A DNA stretch of 20,103 bases from Candidatus Eiseniibacteriota bacterium. Its GTDB lineage: Bacteria; Eisenbacteria; RBG-16-71-46. The DNA lies in contig JANLOX010000414.1 of assembly GCA_031366795.1 (NCBI GenBank), positions 1 to 20,103 on the forward strand, in the 5' to 3' direction. Within the stretch, counting starts at the first letter, position 1. Each line of letters starts with the position of its first letter. The notes beneath the pieces were generated by a model. That model had not been told where the DNA came from, ran no database searches, and saw only the letters and a list, made by a program, of their open reading frames with translations. Positions 8,401-16,060 of the stretch are shown in pieces. The position numbers and the translations under genes are program-made.

Positions 8401-8981
8401 GACGCGCTCGACGGCGTGGGGTGAGACTGCGGCTGCGGCTGCGGGGCAGTGGCCAGCACGAGGCGCGCGGCCTCGGCGGGAGTCGCGGCATACTGGACGA
8501 AGCGGAACAATTCGGGTCGCACGAGATCGGGATCGTGCAGCGATTCAAGGAACCGCTCCCAGTGCGCACCCAGCAACACGATCGGGGCGGGCGGGCGGCC
8601 GCTCACGCTGACGAGCGTCCAGGTCAGGAATAATTCATTGAGCGTACCGATGCTGCCGGGCAGCACGATGAAGCCCGTCGCCTTCTCCACGAGGTACTCG
8701 AGACGCTGGTAGAGTTGATCCGTGTGCACGCGCTCGTGCACCCAACGGTTGACAGGGCTCCGGTGTTCGAACAACTCGACCGTCACGCCGACCACGTGAC
8801 CGCCCGCCTCGTGGGCACCCTGCGAACACGCCTCCATCGCGCCACAATAGCCACCGGTCATCACCGCGGCGCCGGCGAGGCCAAGCTCCCGCCCGAGGTT
8901 GTGGGCCAACTGCCAGGCGGCGTCCCCGGGGTGAATTGTGCTGCTGCCATACACGGCGATCAACGGCGGGTCGCTTGCCAC
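8397..8981 (-). CDS. LOG-family (Lonely Guy / DprA-Smf-like Rossmann fold) nucleotide phosphoribohydrolase
   Basis: IAVYGSS, VMTGGYCGAMEACSQGA, LPGSIGTLNEL (PGxxGTxxE). GTG 8981 is preceded by GGAGG (8986-8990). Confidence 0.88.
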   Translation of the reverse strand: MASDPPLIAVYGSSTIHPGDAAWQLAHNLGRELGLAGAAVMTGGYCGAMEACSQGAHEAGGHVVGVTVELFEHRSPVNRWVHERVHTDQLYQRLEYLVEKATGFIVLPGSIGTLNELFLTWTLVSVSGRPPAPIVLLGAHWERFLESLHDPDLVRPELFRFVQYAATPAEAARLVLATAPQPQPQSHPTPSSAS

Positions 8982-9105
8982 AAAACCTCCGGTTCTGGAG
9001 CCAATCGGGACGAACAATTCGGCGCTGGATCGGGGCGAGTGCGGCCCCCCGCGGAAATAGTCTCCCATGACACGATCGGAGGGACCAGTCGGGTATACTC
9101 CCTGC

Positions 9106-9489
9106 ATGCAATCCACCCCCACCCCCCCGGTTCGCGTCATGGTCCTGGCCGCCGCCTCAAAGCTCGGCGAATGCGAAGGCGTGCGCTTCCGTGTGCTGGA
9201 CTTTGGGCTTGCGCGCGATGCCTTCGCGGTGCGCCTCCAGGGCGTCGCGCGCGCCTACGTGAATATGTGCCGCCACCAGTCGCTGCCGCTCGACTTCGGC
9301 GACGCGGTGTTCTTCGACGACGCCTGCGATGCGCTGGTGTGCGTTCACCACGGTGCCCGCTACGAGCCCACGACGGGCGTGTGCACGACGGGCCCCTGCG
9401 TGGGCGCGCGGCTCACACCGTTGGCGCTCGATGAACTCGACGGTGCGCTCTGGTGCACCGGGCGCGCGGAGGCCAGCGATGCGTCCTGA
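9106..9489 (+). CDS. Rieske [2Fe-2S] ferredoxin-like protein
   Basis: AYVNMCRHQSLPL...LVCVHHGARY...TGVCTTGPC (CxH...CxxH). Start is ATG 9106 (6 nt after TATACT) or ATG 9067. Confidence 0.92.
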   Translation: MQSTPTPPVRVMVLAAASKLGECEGVRFRVLDFGLARDAFAVRLQGVARAYVNMCRHQSLPLDFGDAVFFDDACDALVCVHHGARYEPTTGVCTTGPCVGARLTPLALDELDGALWCTGRAEASDAS

Positions 9490-10300
9490 GACCTCGACGG
9501 CACGGCGGGGGTGGTTGTTGCGCACACTGCCGCTGGCATTGATCGTCGGCTGGCTCGCCACGCTGCCCATCGCCGGCAGCGCCTCGCGCATGGATCACCC
9601 AGGGTCCCAGATCAGCGACAGTTGCGCGGACCCTGTGCTCAACACGTTTGGCATCGAGTTCCGTTACGACCAGCTGTGGACGATGGCGCAGGACGGCACG
9701 CTCACGCGCCTCGAGAACTGCCAACCGGTGCAGGTAATTTCGGTGCAGGGCTTCCGCGGAGTGGCGGCGGGGCTCGGCTGGGACCGGCGGCGCGACCAGT
9801 TCGTGGTGCCCGATCCCAAGCTGCAGGAGATCGCGGTGATCGATCTGCGGGGCAATGTGGTGCGCGAGTTCCCCGCCCCCGGAACGGGCTCGATCGGGGC
9901 CGCGTATGACTCGACGCGCGATGCCTACTGGGTCACCGACTTCGAGACCCGCATGCTTTACGCACTCGATGCCATGACCGGCGCGCCACTCGTGACGCTG
10001 CATCTCGACCATGCGCATCGCATCGCGGGAGCGGCCTACGATTACGCTCGCGACGCGATCCTCTACCAGGACCGCGTCGGGCATGGCCAATGCTACGCCG
10101 TCTCGTGTGTCACCGGCGCCGTGCTGGATTCCTTCCCCCTCCCCGACACGGGATTGAACGGCTGGGAAGACAACGCGCTCGCCCCCGACGGCAAATTGTG
10201 GATCCACAACTTCGAGTACCACACCTCGTTCGCCTTTGGCGGCATCACGACGCCCGCCGTGCGCAAATCATGGGGCGCGCTGAAGCAGCGGTTCCGCTGA
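9479..10300 (+). CDS. Secreted hypothetical protein, probable beta-propeller-like repeats, C-terminal SWGxLKxxFR tail
   Basis: N-terminal basic plus hydrophobic signal peptide (MRPETSTARRGWLLRTLPLALIVGWLATLPIAGSA). Repeated GLGWD / GAAYD / GAAYD blades. Overlaps the Rieske gene by 11 nt. Confidence 0.75.
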   Translation: MRPETSTARRGWLLRTLPLALIVGWLATLPIAGSASRMDHPGSQISDSCADPVLNTFGIEFRYDQLWTMAQDGTLTRLENCQPVQVISVQGFRGVAAGLGWDRRRDQFVVPDPKLQEIAVIDLRGNVVREFPAPGTGSIGAAYDSTRDAYWVTDFETRMLYALDAMTGAPLVTLHLDHAHRIAGAAYDYARDAILYQDRVGHGQCYAVSCVTGAVLDSFPLPDTGLNGWEDNALAPDGKLWIHNFEYHTSFAFGGITTPAVRKSWGALKQRFR

Positions 10301-10311
10301 ACCGACTCCAA

Positions 10312-10430
10312 GCTGCGCCTGGGAACCCCGAGTGCAAGGCGGCAAGGAGTGACGAGTGAGACTTATCGTTAGATACGTCGCAGCGAGGAGCGACGCAGCC
10401 AACGCAGCAATCGGGGTTCCCAAGCGCAGC
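10312..10430. repeat. Palindromic ~120-bp repeat element, copy 2
   Basis: 20-bp inverted repeat GCTGCGCCTGGGAACCCCGA (10312-10331) / TCGGGGTTCCCAAGCGCAGC (10411-10430) with 1 mismatch. Core is near-identical to 5384-5470. Confidence 0.9.
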
Positions 10431-10431
10431 G

Positions 10432-11103
10432 CTAGTCGCCCTTGCTGTTGACGTTCCGCACAATGCCTGCGTCCTCGACATCGAGATAGCCGACGAGGCG
10501 CGCGTTGCGGCGCACCGCATCGCTCAGGCTTTCGGCCTGGCGGTCCGCGACGATCGCCGCGGCGAGCGCGGGCGACAACGCCAGCGGGTGGCCGCGACGG
10601 CCGCGATGGCGCGGCACCAGCGCGTAGGCGAACTTGCGTCGCTCGGCAGGTTTGCCGCACGCAGCGATCGCCTGCTCGAGCACGGTCGCCAGTTCGGCCA
10701 CGGTCGCGGCCTGCACGCTGGGGTGGTCGACGGGCAGCACGAGAATGCCCTTCGGCTTGAACTCGAGCGCCGAGCGCAAACCCGCCTGCACCGAGGACAG
10801 CATCCCCGACTTCCACCTGGCGTTCCGCTCGAAGTGGATCTCGAAGCCCTTTACGCCCCGCTTCAATGCCACCGCCATGTCGATGTTCAACTGGCCCGAC
10901 TCGGACAGCAGTGTGAATTCTTCCTCGACCGACTTCTGGATCGCGGCGCCATTGGCACCGAGCACCGCGACGACGGTGCTGCACGCCGTCCACAGGTGCC
11001 GCACGCCGATGGTGAGATACGACGACTTGCCTTGCCTTTTGAGCGCCTTCGGCGACTTCATCCGGGTCGAGGCACCCGCGGCCAGCAGGACTCCTACCAT
11101 CAT
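10432..11103 (-). CDS. mocA: Molybdenum cofactor cytidylyltransferase-like (MocA/MobA NTP transferase family)
   Basis: LLAAGASTRMKSPKAL, NARWKSGMLSSVQAGL, LPVDHP, GRRGHP. Last gene of the molybdoenzyme operon, with an ATGA overlap with xdhC. Confidence 0.8.
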   Translation of the reverse strand: MMVGVLLAAGASTRMKSPKALKRQGKSSYLTIGVRHLWTACSTVVAVLGANGAAIQKSVEEEFTLLSESGQLNIDMAVALKRGVKGFEIHFERNARWKSGMLSSVQAGLRSALEFKPKGILVLPVDHPSVQAATVAELATVLEQAIAACGKPAERRKFAYALVPRHRGRRGHPLALSPALAAAIVADRQAESLSDAVRRNARLVGYLDVEDAGIVRNVNSKGD

Positions 11104-12020
11104 GGGATCTCCACCTCCATATGTGCCGGTTCAGGCCTAGCGCCACGGGCCGCGCGTCGCGCCCCCTCATGCCGCAGCAGGCCTTCGCCCGACGTCCCCA
11201 CTTCCACTCCGCGACGCGCCGCGATCAACTCGGCCACGATACTGATCGCAATCTCTTCCGGTGTTGCGGCACCAATGGCGACGCCCAGCGGACTGCGCAT
11301 GCGCGCGATCACGTCCTCCGCAAACCCCCGCGCGCGCAACCGCTGCACGAACTTCCGCTGCTTGGCGAGACTCCCGACCATCCCGAGGAATTTGAGCGGC
11401 GCTTCCATCAACCGCTCGATCAGCCGCTGGTCGAGCACGTGGTCATGCGTGACGACGACGGCGTAATCGCGCGGGCCGGGTGGCGTGGCGCGCAGGAACT
11501 CTTCAGGGTCGCGGCAGACGACCGTTACGCCCGGCAGCCGCGCGGGGTCCGCCCACTCCCCGCGATCGTCGACGACCGTGACACGGAAACCGCAGCCGTG
11601 CGCGATCACCGCAACCGCGCCGCCGATATTGCCGGCGCCCAGCACGATCAAAGCGGGTGCGACTTCCAGCACCTCGATGCGAATCGTCATCTCGCCGCCA
11701 CAACACATGCCGAGCTCTTGAGTCAGCTGCCAGCGCAATTCACGCTGCGGCTCATCCGCGGCAAACATTTCGCGCGCCGCCGCGAGTGCTGCCTGCTCGA
11801 TGGCACCCCCGCCCACCGTGCCGCACGCCTCGCCGTCCTCCGCGAGCAACATGCGCGCTCCCGCCTTGCGCGGCGTCATGCCGTGCGTAGCGGCGACCGA
11901 CAACAGGGCGATGCGCCTCCCAACTGCGCGCCAGCGCGCAAGCGTCGCCCACACGTCGGGCTCGGCGACATCGCGCAGCGGAGCGAATGCGCGGGGATCG
12001 TGTGGCGTCGAGGGGATCAC
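11100..12020 (-). CDS. xdhC: XdhC/CoxI family Moco chaperone
   Basis: GMTPRKAGARM, GTVGGGAIE, LGMCCGG, VLGAGNIG, VVDDR, VVVTHDHVLD, FLGMVGS, SPLGVAIGAATPEEIAISIVAELI. Confidence 0.92.
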   Translation of the reverse strand: MIPSTPHDPRAFAPLRDVAEPDVWATLARWRAVGRRIALLSVAATHGMTPRKAGARMLLAEDGEACGTVGGGAIEQAALAAAREMFAADEPQRELRWQLTQELGMCCGGEMTIRIEVLEVAPALIVLGAGNIGGAVAVIAHGCGFRVTVVDDRGEWADPARLPGVTVVCRDPEEFLRATPPGPRDYAVVVTHDHVLDQRLIERLMEAPLKFLGMVGSLAKQRKFVQRLRARGFAEDVIARMRSPLGVAIGAATPEEIAISIVAELIAARRGVEVGTSGEGLLRHEGARRAARGARPEPAHMEVEIP

Positions 12021-12997
12021 GTCGCCGCCGCTTCGAGAACCGCCCGGCGCACGAACACAGGAACCATCGAGCGCCGGTAGGCCTGGTCATAAGGAATGCT
12101 GATCAGCGGCTGGCATTGCTTGAAGGCCAACTCGCCGAGTGCCGTCGCGATGTCGAGATCGAGCGCCTTGCCGCGCACCAGTTCATCGACGCCGTTGATG
12201 GTGCGCGGCTTGGCCGCGATGGCGCTGACCACGAGGCTGCCGGACTCGCACACGCCCTTCACCGTTGCGGCGAATGCCACCGATAGCATCGGAAAGTCGA
12301 TCGAGGCGCGCGGACGCAACTTCTGGTAACCAGCCTTCATGCCGCGCGAAGCGGCAGGGATGAACAGCCGCGTCACCACGTCGCCGGGTACCAGGATGTT
12401 GTTGTGCACGCCATCGGGCACGAAGAACTCTTCCACGCTCACGACTCGCCGCCCTGCGCGATTGGCGATCTCGACCTGCGCGCCGAGCGAAATCAATACG
12501 GGAGCGGTGTCCGATGAGTGCGCCGCCACGCAGCGCTTGCCCTGCGTGATGACGTGGCAAACGGTGCCGCTCTTCTTGAGGCAGAAGCCGAGCGACTCGC
12601 GCCAGAAGAAGGTCTGGTTGTAGTAGGTGCAGCGCGTGTCGAGGCACAGGTTGCCGCCGATGGTGCCCATGTTACGCAACTGCGGCCCGGCGACGAGTCC
12701 CGCAGCGCGCACCAGCGAAGGGAACTCGGCGCGAATGCGCGCGTCGGTGGCGATGCGGTCCAGCGTGACGAGCGGGCCGAGGTGCAGCCCGTCGGCCTCC
12801 TGGCGCACGAAGTCCAGCTCGGCAATGCTCCCGATCGCAACGACATAGCGGGGCTCGTGAAGGCGGTGCTTCAGGTTGGGAACAGCATCGGTCCCGCCCG
12901 CCAGCAGCAGGCTTTCGCCGGCGTGGACGTCCAAGTGCGCGAGCAACGCATCGAGCGTGCGCGGTCGCACCCAATTGAAACGTGGCAGCGTCAGCAT
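12017..12997 (-). CDS. hcrB: FAD-binding subunit of a xanthine-oxidase-family enzyme with a [4Fe-4S] insertion (4-hydroxybenzoyl-CoA reductase beta-like)
   Basis: AGGTDAVPNLK, AGPQLRNMGTIGGNLC, C-X15-C-X7-C-X8-C insertion, SSDTAP, KLRPRASIDFP. Start placed at ATG 12997. Confidence 0.8.
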   Translation of the reverse strand: MLTLPRFNWVRPRTLDALLAHLDVHAGESLLLAGGTDAVPNLKHRLHEPRYVVAIGSIAELDFVRQEADGLHLGPLVTLDRIATDARIRAEFPSLVRAAGLVAGPQLRNMGTIGGNLCLDTRCTYYNQTFFWRESLGFCLKKSGTVCHVITQGKRCVAAHSSDTAPVLISLGAQVEIANRAGRRVVSVEEFFVPDGVHNNILVPGDVVTRLFIPAASRGMKAGYQKLRPRASIDFPMLSVAFAATVKGVCESGSLVVSAIAAKPRTINGVDELVRGKALDLDIATALGELAFKQCQPLISIPYDQAYRRSMVPVFVRRAVLEAAAT

Positions 12998-15435
12998 GCG
13001 CCACTCACCTGTCGCCGCGCGCGCTCCCACTGCGCTTTGCCCTCGTTCGCACGCAGCAAATCCATCACGCGTGGGGGGCTAAAGGGCAAGCGGTCGCAGC
13101 GCACGCCGAGCGCGTCGTAGATCGCGTTGGCGATCGCCGGCACGCTCGGGTGGAGGGGGCCCTCGCCCGCTTCCTTCGCGCCGTAGGGACCCTCGGGATC
13201 GATGGATTCGATGATGAACGATTCCAGCTCGGGCGTATCGAGCGAGGTCGGGATGCGGTAGTCCAACAGTGAGGGGCCGTGGTGAAGTCCCGCGCCGTGA
13301 CCGGGTGCGGCGGGCTTGTAGACCTGCTCCTCCATCAGCGCCTCGGCGAATCCCATGTAAGCGCTGCCTTCCATCTGCCCCTCGACCGTCACAGGATTCA
13401 GGGCGCGCCCACAGTCGTGCGCCACCCAGAGCTTCTTCACCTGCACGAAGCCCGTCTCGGGATCGCAATCGACTTCCGCCACATGCGCGGTGAACGAGTA
13501 CGCGGGCGATGCGCCGATGGTGCCGCCGCGATAGTCGCCGCCGAGCTTCGGGCTCTGGTACCAGCCGACCGCACCCAGCGTGCCGAAGCGCGCCTCGGCG
13601 AGCTGGAACGCCTCGCGCACGCTCATGCACTTGGCCTGCGGATCGCGGGTGCAGCAGGCAATATTGCGGCTCAGCGACACCTCGTGCTTGCCGCACTCCC
13701 ACACGGCGGCGACGGCTTCGGCGACGCGGTCACGCAACGAGCGCGCGGCATCGAGGCAGGCATTGCCGCACATGAAGGTCTCGCGGCTCGAGTAGGAGCC
13801 CAGGTCCACGGGCGTCAGGTCGGTGTCGGCCGCGACGACACGGATGTCGCGCAACTCGAGACCGAGCTCCTCGCACACGATGTAGGCGAGCACCGATTCG
13901 ACGCCCTGCCCGATGTCGGAGGCGCCGCAGAACACCGTGGCGCGCCCGCTGCGGTCGAGCCGCAGCTGCACCGCGGACTGCGGCATCTCGTTCGGGTAGA
14001 TGCAGTAGTTGGTGCCGCTGATGTACATGCTGCCCGCGATGCCCAAGCCTTTTCCGTACGGCAGCCGGCGGAAGCGCGACGACCAGCTTGAGGCCTTCTC
14101 GACGGCGTCGAGGCACTGCGGGAAGCCGTTCGAAGTGACGCGCATGCCGTTGACGGTCTGGGTGTGCTCGCCGATCAGGTTGCGGCGCCGCAATTCGATG
14201 GGGTCGAGCCCGATGACCTCGGCGAGCTTGTCGACTTGGCACTCGAAGGCGAAGCGCGGCTGCACCGAACCATGCCCACGCTTGGGGCCGCAGCACGGCT
14301 TGTTCGTGAACACACGCGTCGAGTCGAAGCGGTAGGCCGGCAGGGCGTACGGCGCGCTCAGCAGCTGGCCCGAGTAATAGGTGGTGACCAAACCGAATGA
14401 CGAGTAGGCGCCCCCATCGATGTGGATGCGCGCATCGACGCCCGTGAGCTTGCCGTCGCGCGTGACGCCGGTGCGGTAACGCAGCCGCATGGGGTGACGG
14501 CCGCGATGCGCGTAGAACACTTCCTCGCGCGTGTAGAGAATCTTGACCGGGCGCCCCGTCACCATGGACAGCTTGGCGGCGCAGAACTCCAGCGAGAAGG
14601 GTTCGCTTTTTCCTCCGAACGCCCCACCGACCACGGGCTGGATGACCCGGATGCGTTGCGTCGGCAGCCCGAGCACCTTGGCGAGATCGCGGTGCAGGTA
14701 ATGAGCGACTTGCGTGCTCGAGTACAGCGTGAGGAACCCGGTGGCGTCGAAGTCGGCCACCGCGCAATGCGGCTCGATCGGCGCGTGGGTCGAGCCCTCG
14801 TACCAGTACTCGGCCTCGACGATTGCGTCGCTGCCTTCGAGTGCTGCCTCGACGTCGCCGAACTCGAGCTGCACCTGCTTCGAGATGTTGCCCTTGGGCG
14901 TCTTCTCGTTGACCTGCCACTCGGGATGCTCCAGGGCAGTCTCGACATCCATCACCGCGGGTAGCACTTCGTACTCGACGCGGATCATCGCCAGCGCCTC
15001 CTCGCACAACAGCTCGGAGTCCGCCGCCACCGCCGCGATGGCATCGCCGACGTAGCGCGCCTTGGTCTCGCACAACGCCTGCTCGTCCTCGGTCCACGGG
15101 ATGATGCCGTAGTAGCCCGGCAAGTCCCGGCCGGTGATCACCGCATGCACGCCCGCCATCGCCAGCGCTTCGCTCGCATCAATCGATACGATGTGCGCGT
15201 GCGCATGGATGCTGCGCAGCAGCTTGGCGTGAATCATACGCGGCAGCGTGATGTCATCGGTGTAGATGGCGCGGCCGGTCACCTTGGCCAAGCCTTCGAG
15301 CTTGCGGTTGCGCTTGCCGATCACGGCGAACTCGCCCTGCGGCGGAGCGGCGCGGCCGCCAGGCCACTGGGGCGGCGTCAGGCGTTCCTCACGCGGCATC
15401 GTTCGGCCGGCGGGGATCTCCTTCCCTGTGCTCAT
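12991..15435 (-). CDS. hcrA: Molybdopterin-binding subunit of a xanthine-oxidase-family enzyme (4-hydroxybenzoyl-CoA reductase alpha-like)
   Basis: KVTGRAIYTDD, IEPH, STQ, GGAFGGK, RGRHP, KRGHG, DIGQG, GSYSSR, VEGQMEG, GPYGAKEAGEG, AIANAIYDA. Confidence 0.8.
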   Translation of the reverse strand: MSTGKEIPAGRTMPREERLTPPQWPGGRAAPPQGEFAVIGKRNRKLEGLAKVTGRAIYTDDITLPRMIHAKLLRSIHAHAHIVSIDASEALAMAGVHAVITGRDLPGYYGIIPWTEDEQALCETKARYVGDAIAAVAADSELLCEEALAMIRVEYEVLPAVMDVETALEHPEWQVNEKTPKGNISKQVQLEFGDVEAALEGSDAIVEAEYWYEGSTHAPIEPHCAVADFDATGFLTLYSSTQVAHYLHRDLAKVLGLPTQRIRVIQPVVGGAFGGKSEPFSLEFCAAKLSMVTGRPVKILYTREEVFYAHRGRHPMRLRYRTGVTRDGKLTGVDARIHIDGGAYSSFGLVTTYYSGQLLSAPYALPAYRFDSTRVFTNKPCCGPKRGHGSVQPRFAFECQVDKLAEVIGLDPIELRRRNLIGEHTQTVNGMRVTSNGFPQCLDAVEKASSWSSRFRRLPYGKGLGIAGSMYISGTNYCIYPNEMPQSAVQLRLDRSGRATVFCGASDIGQGVESVLAYIVCEELGLELRDIRVVAADTDLTPVDLGSYSSRETFMCGNACLDAARSLRDRVAEAVAAVWECGKHEVSLSRNIACCTRDPQAKCMSVREAFQLAEARFGTLGAVGWYQSPKLGGDYRGGTIGASPAYSFTAHVAEVDCDPETGFVQVKKLWVAHDCGRALNPVTVEGQMEGSAYMGFAEALMEEQVYKPAAPGHGAGLHHGPSLLDYRIPTSLDTPELESFIIESIDPEGPYGAKEAGEGPLHPSVPAIANAIYDALGVRCDRLPFSPPRVMDLLRANEGKAQWERARRQVSGAC

Positions 15436-15950
15436 CGCGATTCCGTCTTCGCGTCAGCCGCCGCGGTCTCACGCAAGCATCGCGCGGCGTACTCGACCGA
15501 TTCGTAGATTTTCGTGTAGCCCGTGCAGCGGCACAGGTTGCCGGCCAGCGCGCGCGCAATCGTCTCGCGCGAAGGATCGGCTTCGCGCTCGAGCAACGCC
15601 CAGGCACTCATCAGGACTCCCGGCGTACAGAAACCACACTGCGCTCCGCCGCACACATCGAATGCGTCCTGCAGTGGATGCGGTATGCCGCTCCGGGCGA
15701 GCCCCTCGACTGTCGTGACCTCGGGGCCGTCGTCATAAGCCAGTGCGAGCGAGATACAGCTCAGCACCGTCCTGCCCCCGACCACCACGGTGCAGGCGCC
15801 ACAGTCACCCTTGTCGCAGCCCTGCTTGGTGCCGGTCAACCCCAGCGCGTAGCGCAGCGCCTCGAGCAGCGTCGTGTGCGGCGCCACGGCGCACTCGCGC
15901 AGGTCACCGTTGACACGCAGCCGGCACAGCGTCGTTTCGGGGTGGCTCAT
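15432..15950 (-). CDS. hcrC: 2x[2Fe-2S] subunit of a xanthine-oxidase-family enzyme (HcrC/CoxS-like)
   Basis: GTKQGCDKGDCGACTV...SC, QCGFCTPG, GNLCRCTGY. Confidence 0.88.
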   Translation of the reverse strand: MSHPETTLCRLRVNGDLRECAVAPHTTLLEALRYALGLTGTKQGCDKGDCGACTVVVGGRTVLSCISLALAYDDGPEVTTVEGLARSGIPHPLQDAFDVCGGAQCGFCTPGVLMSAWALLEREADPSRETIARALAGNLCRCTGYTKIYESVEYAARCLRETAAADAKTESR

Positions 15951-15999
15951 GGAACTCCCGCGGGGGTCATCAGAGGCTGCGCTCAGAGTGGATCGTGTG

Positions 16000-16028
16000 A
16001 TTCAAACGCCCATACGCAACGCTGTCAA
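16000..16028 (-). promoter_or_regulatory. Candidate sigma70 promoter of the molybdoenzyme operon
   Basis: Minus strand: perfect TTGACA (16023-16028), 17-bp spacer, TTGAAT (16000-16005), 50 bp upstream of the hcrC ATG. Confidence 0.5.
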
Positions 16029-16060
16029 CCGCTCACCCCCTTAGCGCCCCTGAAGCAAGC

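Noticed and set aside
8427..8446. (GGCTGC)n short tandem repeat encoding PQPQPQ at the LOG C-terminus
   Set aside because: About three in-frame units in a disordered tail; no evidence for phase variation.
5367..10430. CRISPR array, or a composite transposon bounded by the two repeats
   Set aside because: There are only two copies 5 kb apart, with no spacers, cas genes, transposase or target-site duplication, and the enclosed genes look like housekeeping genes.
12991..15950. Aerobic CO dehydrogenase (coxMSL) assignment
   Set aside because: The large subunit lacks the AYXCSFR / AYRGAGR active-site loop (it has KRGHG), and the FAD subunit carries an HcrB-type cysteine insertion.
15951..16020. 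CTGATGA in the hcrC leader, suggesting a fluoride riboswitch, hammerhead ribozyme or Moco riboswitch
   Set aside because: The required pairing partners and the GAAA core are not evident, and the predicted leader (~45 nt) is too short for a Moco RNA motif. A cmscan against Rfam would settle it.
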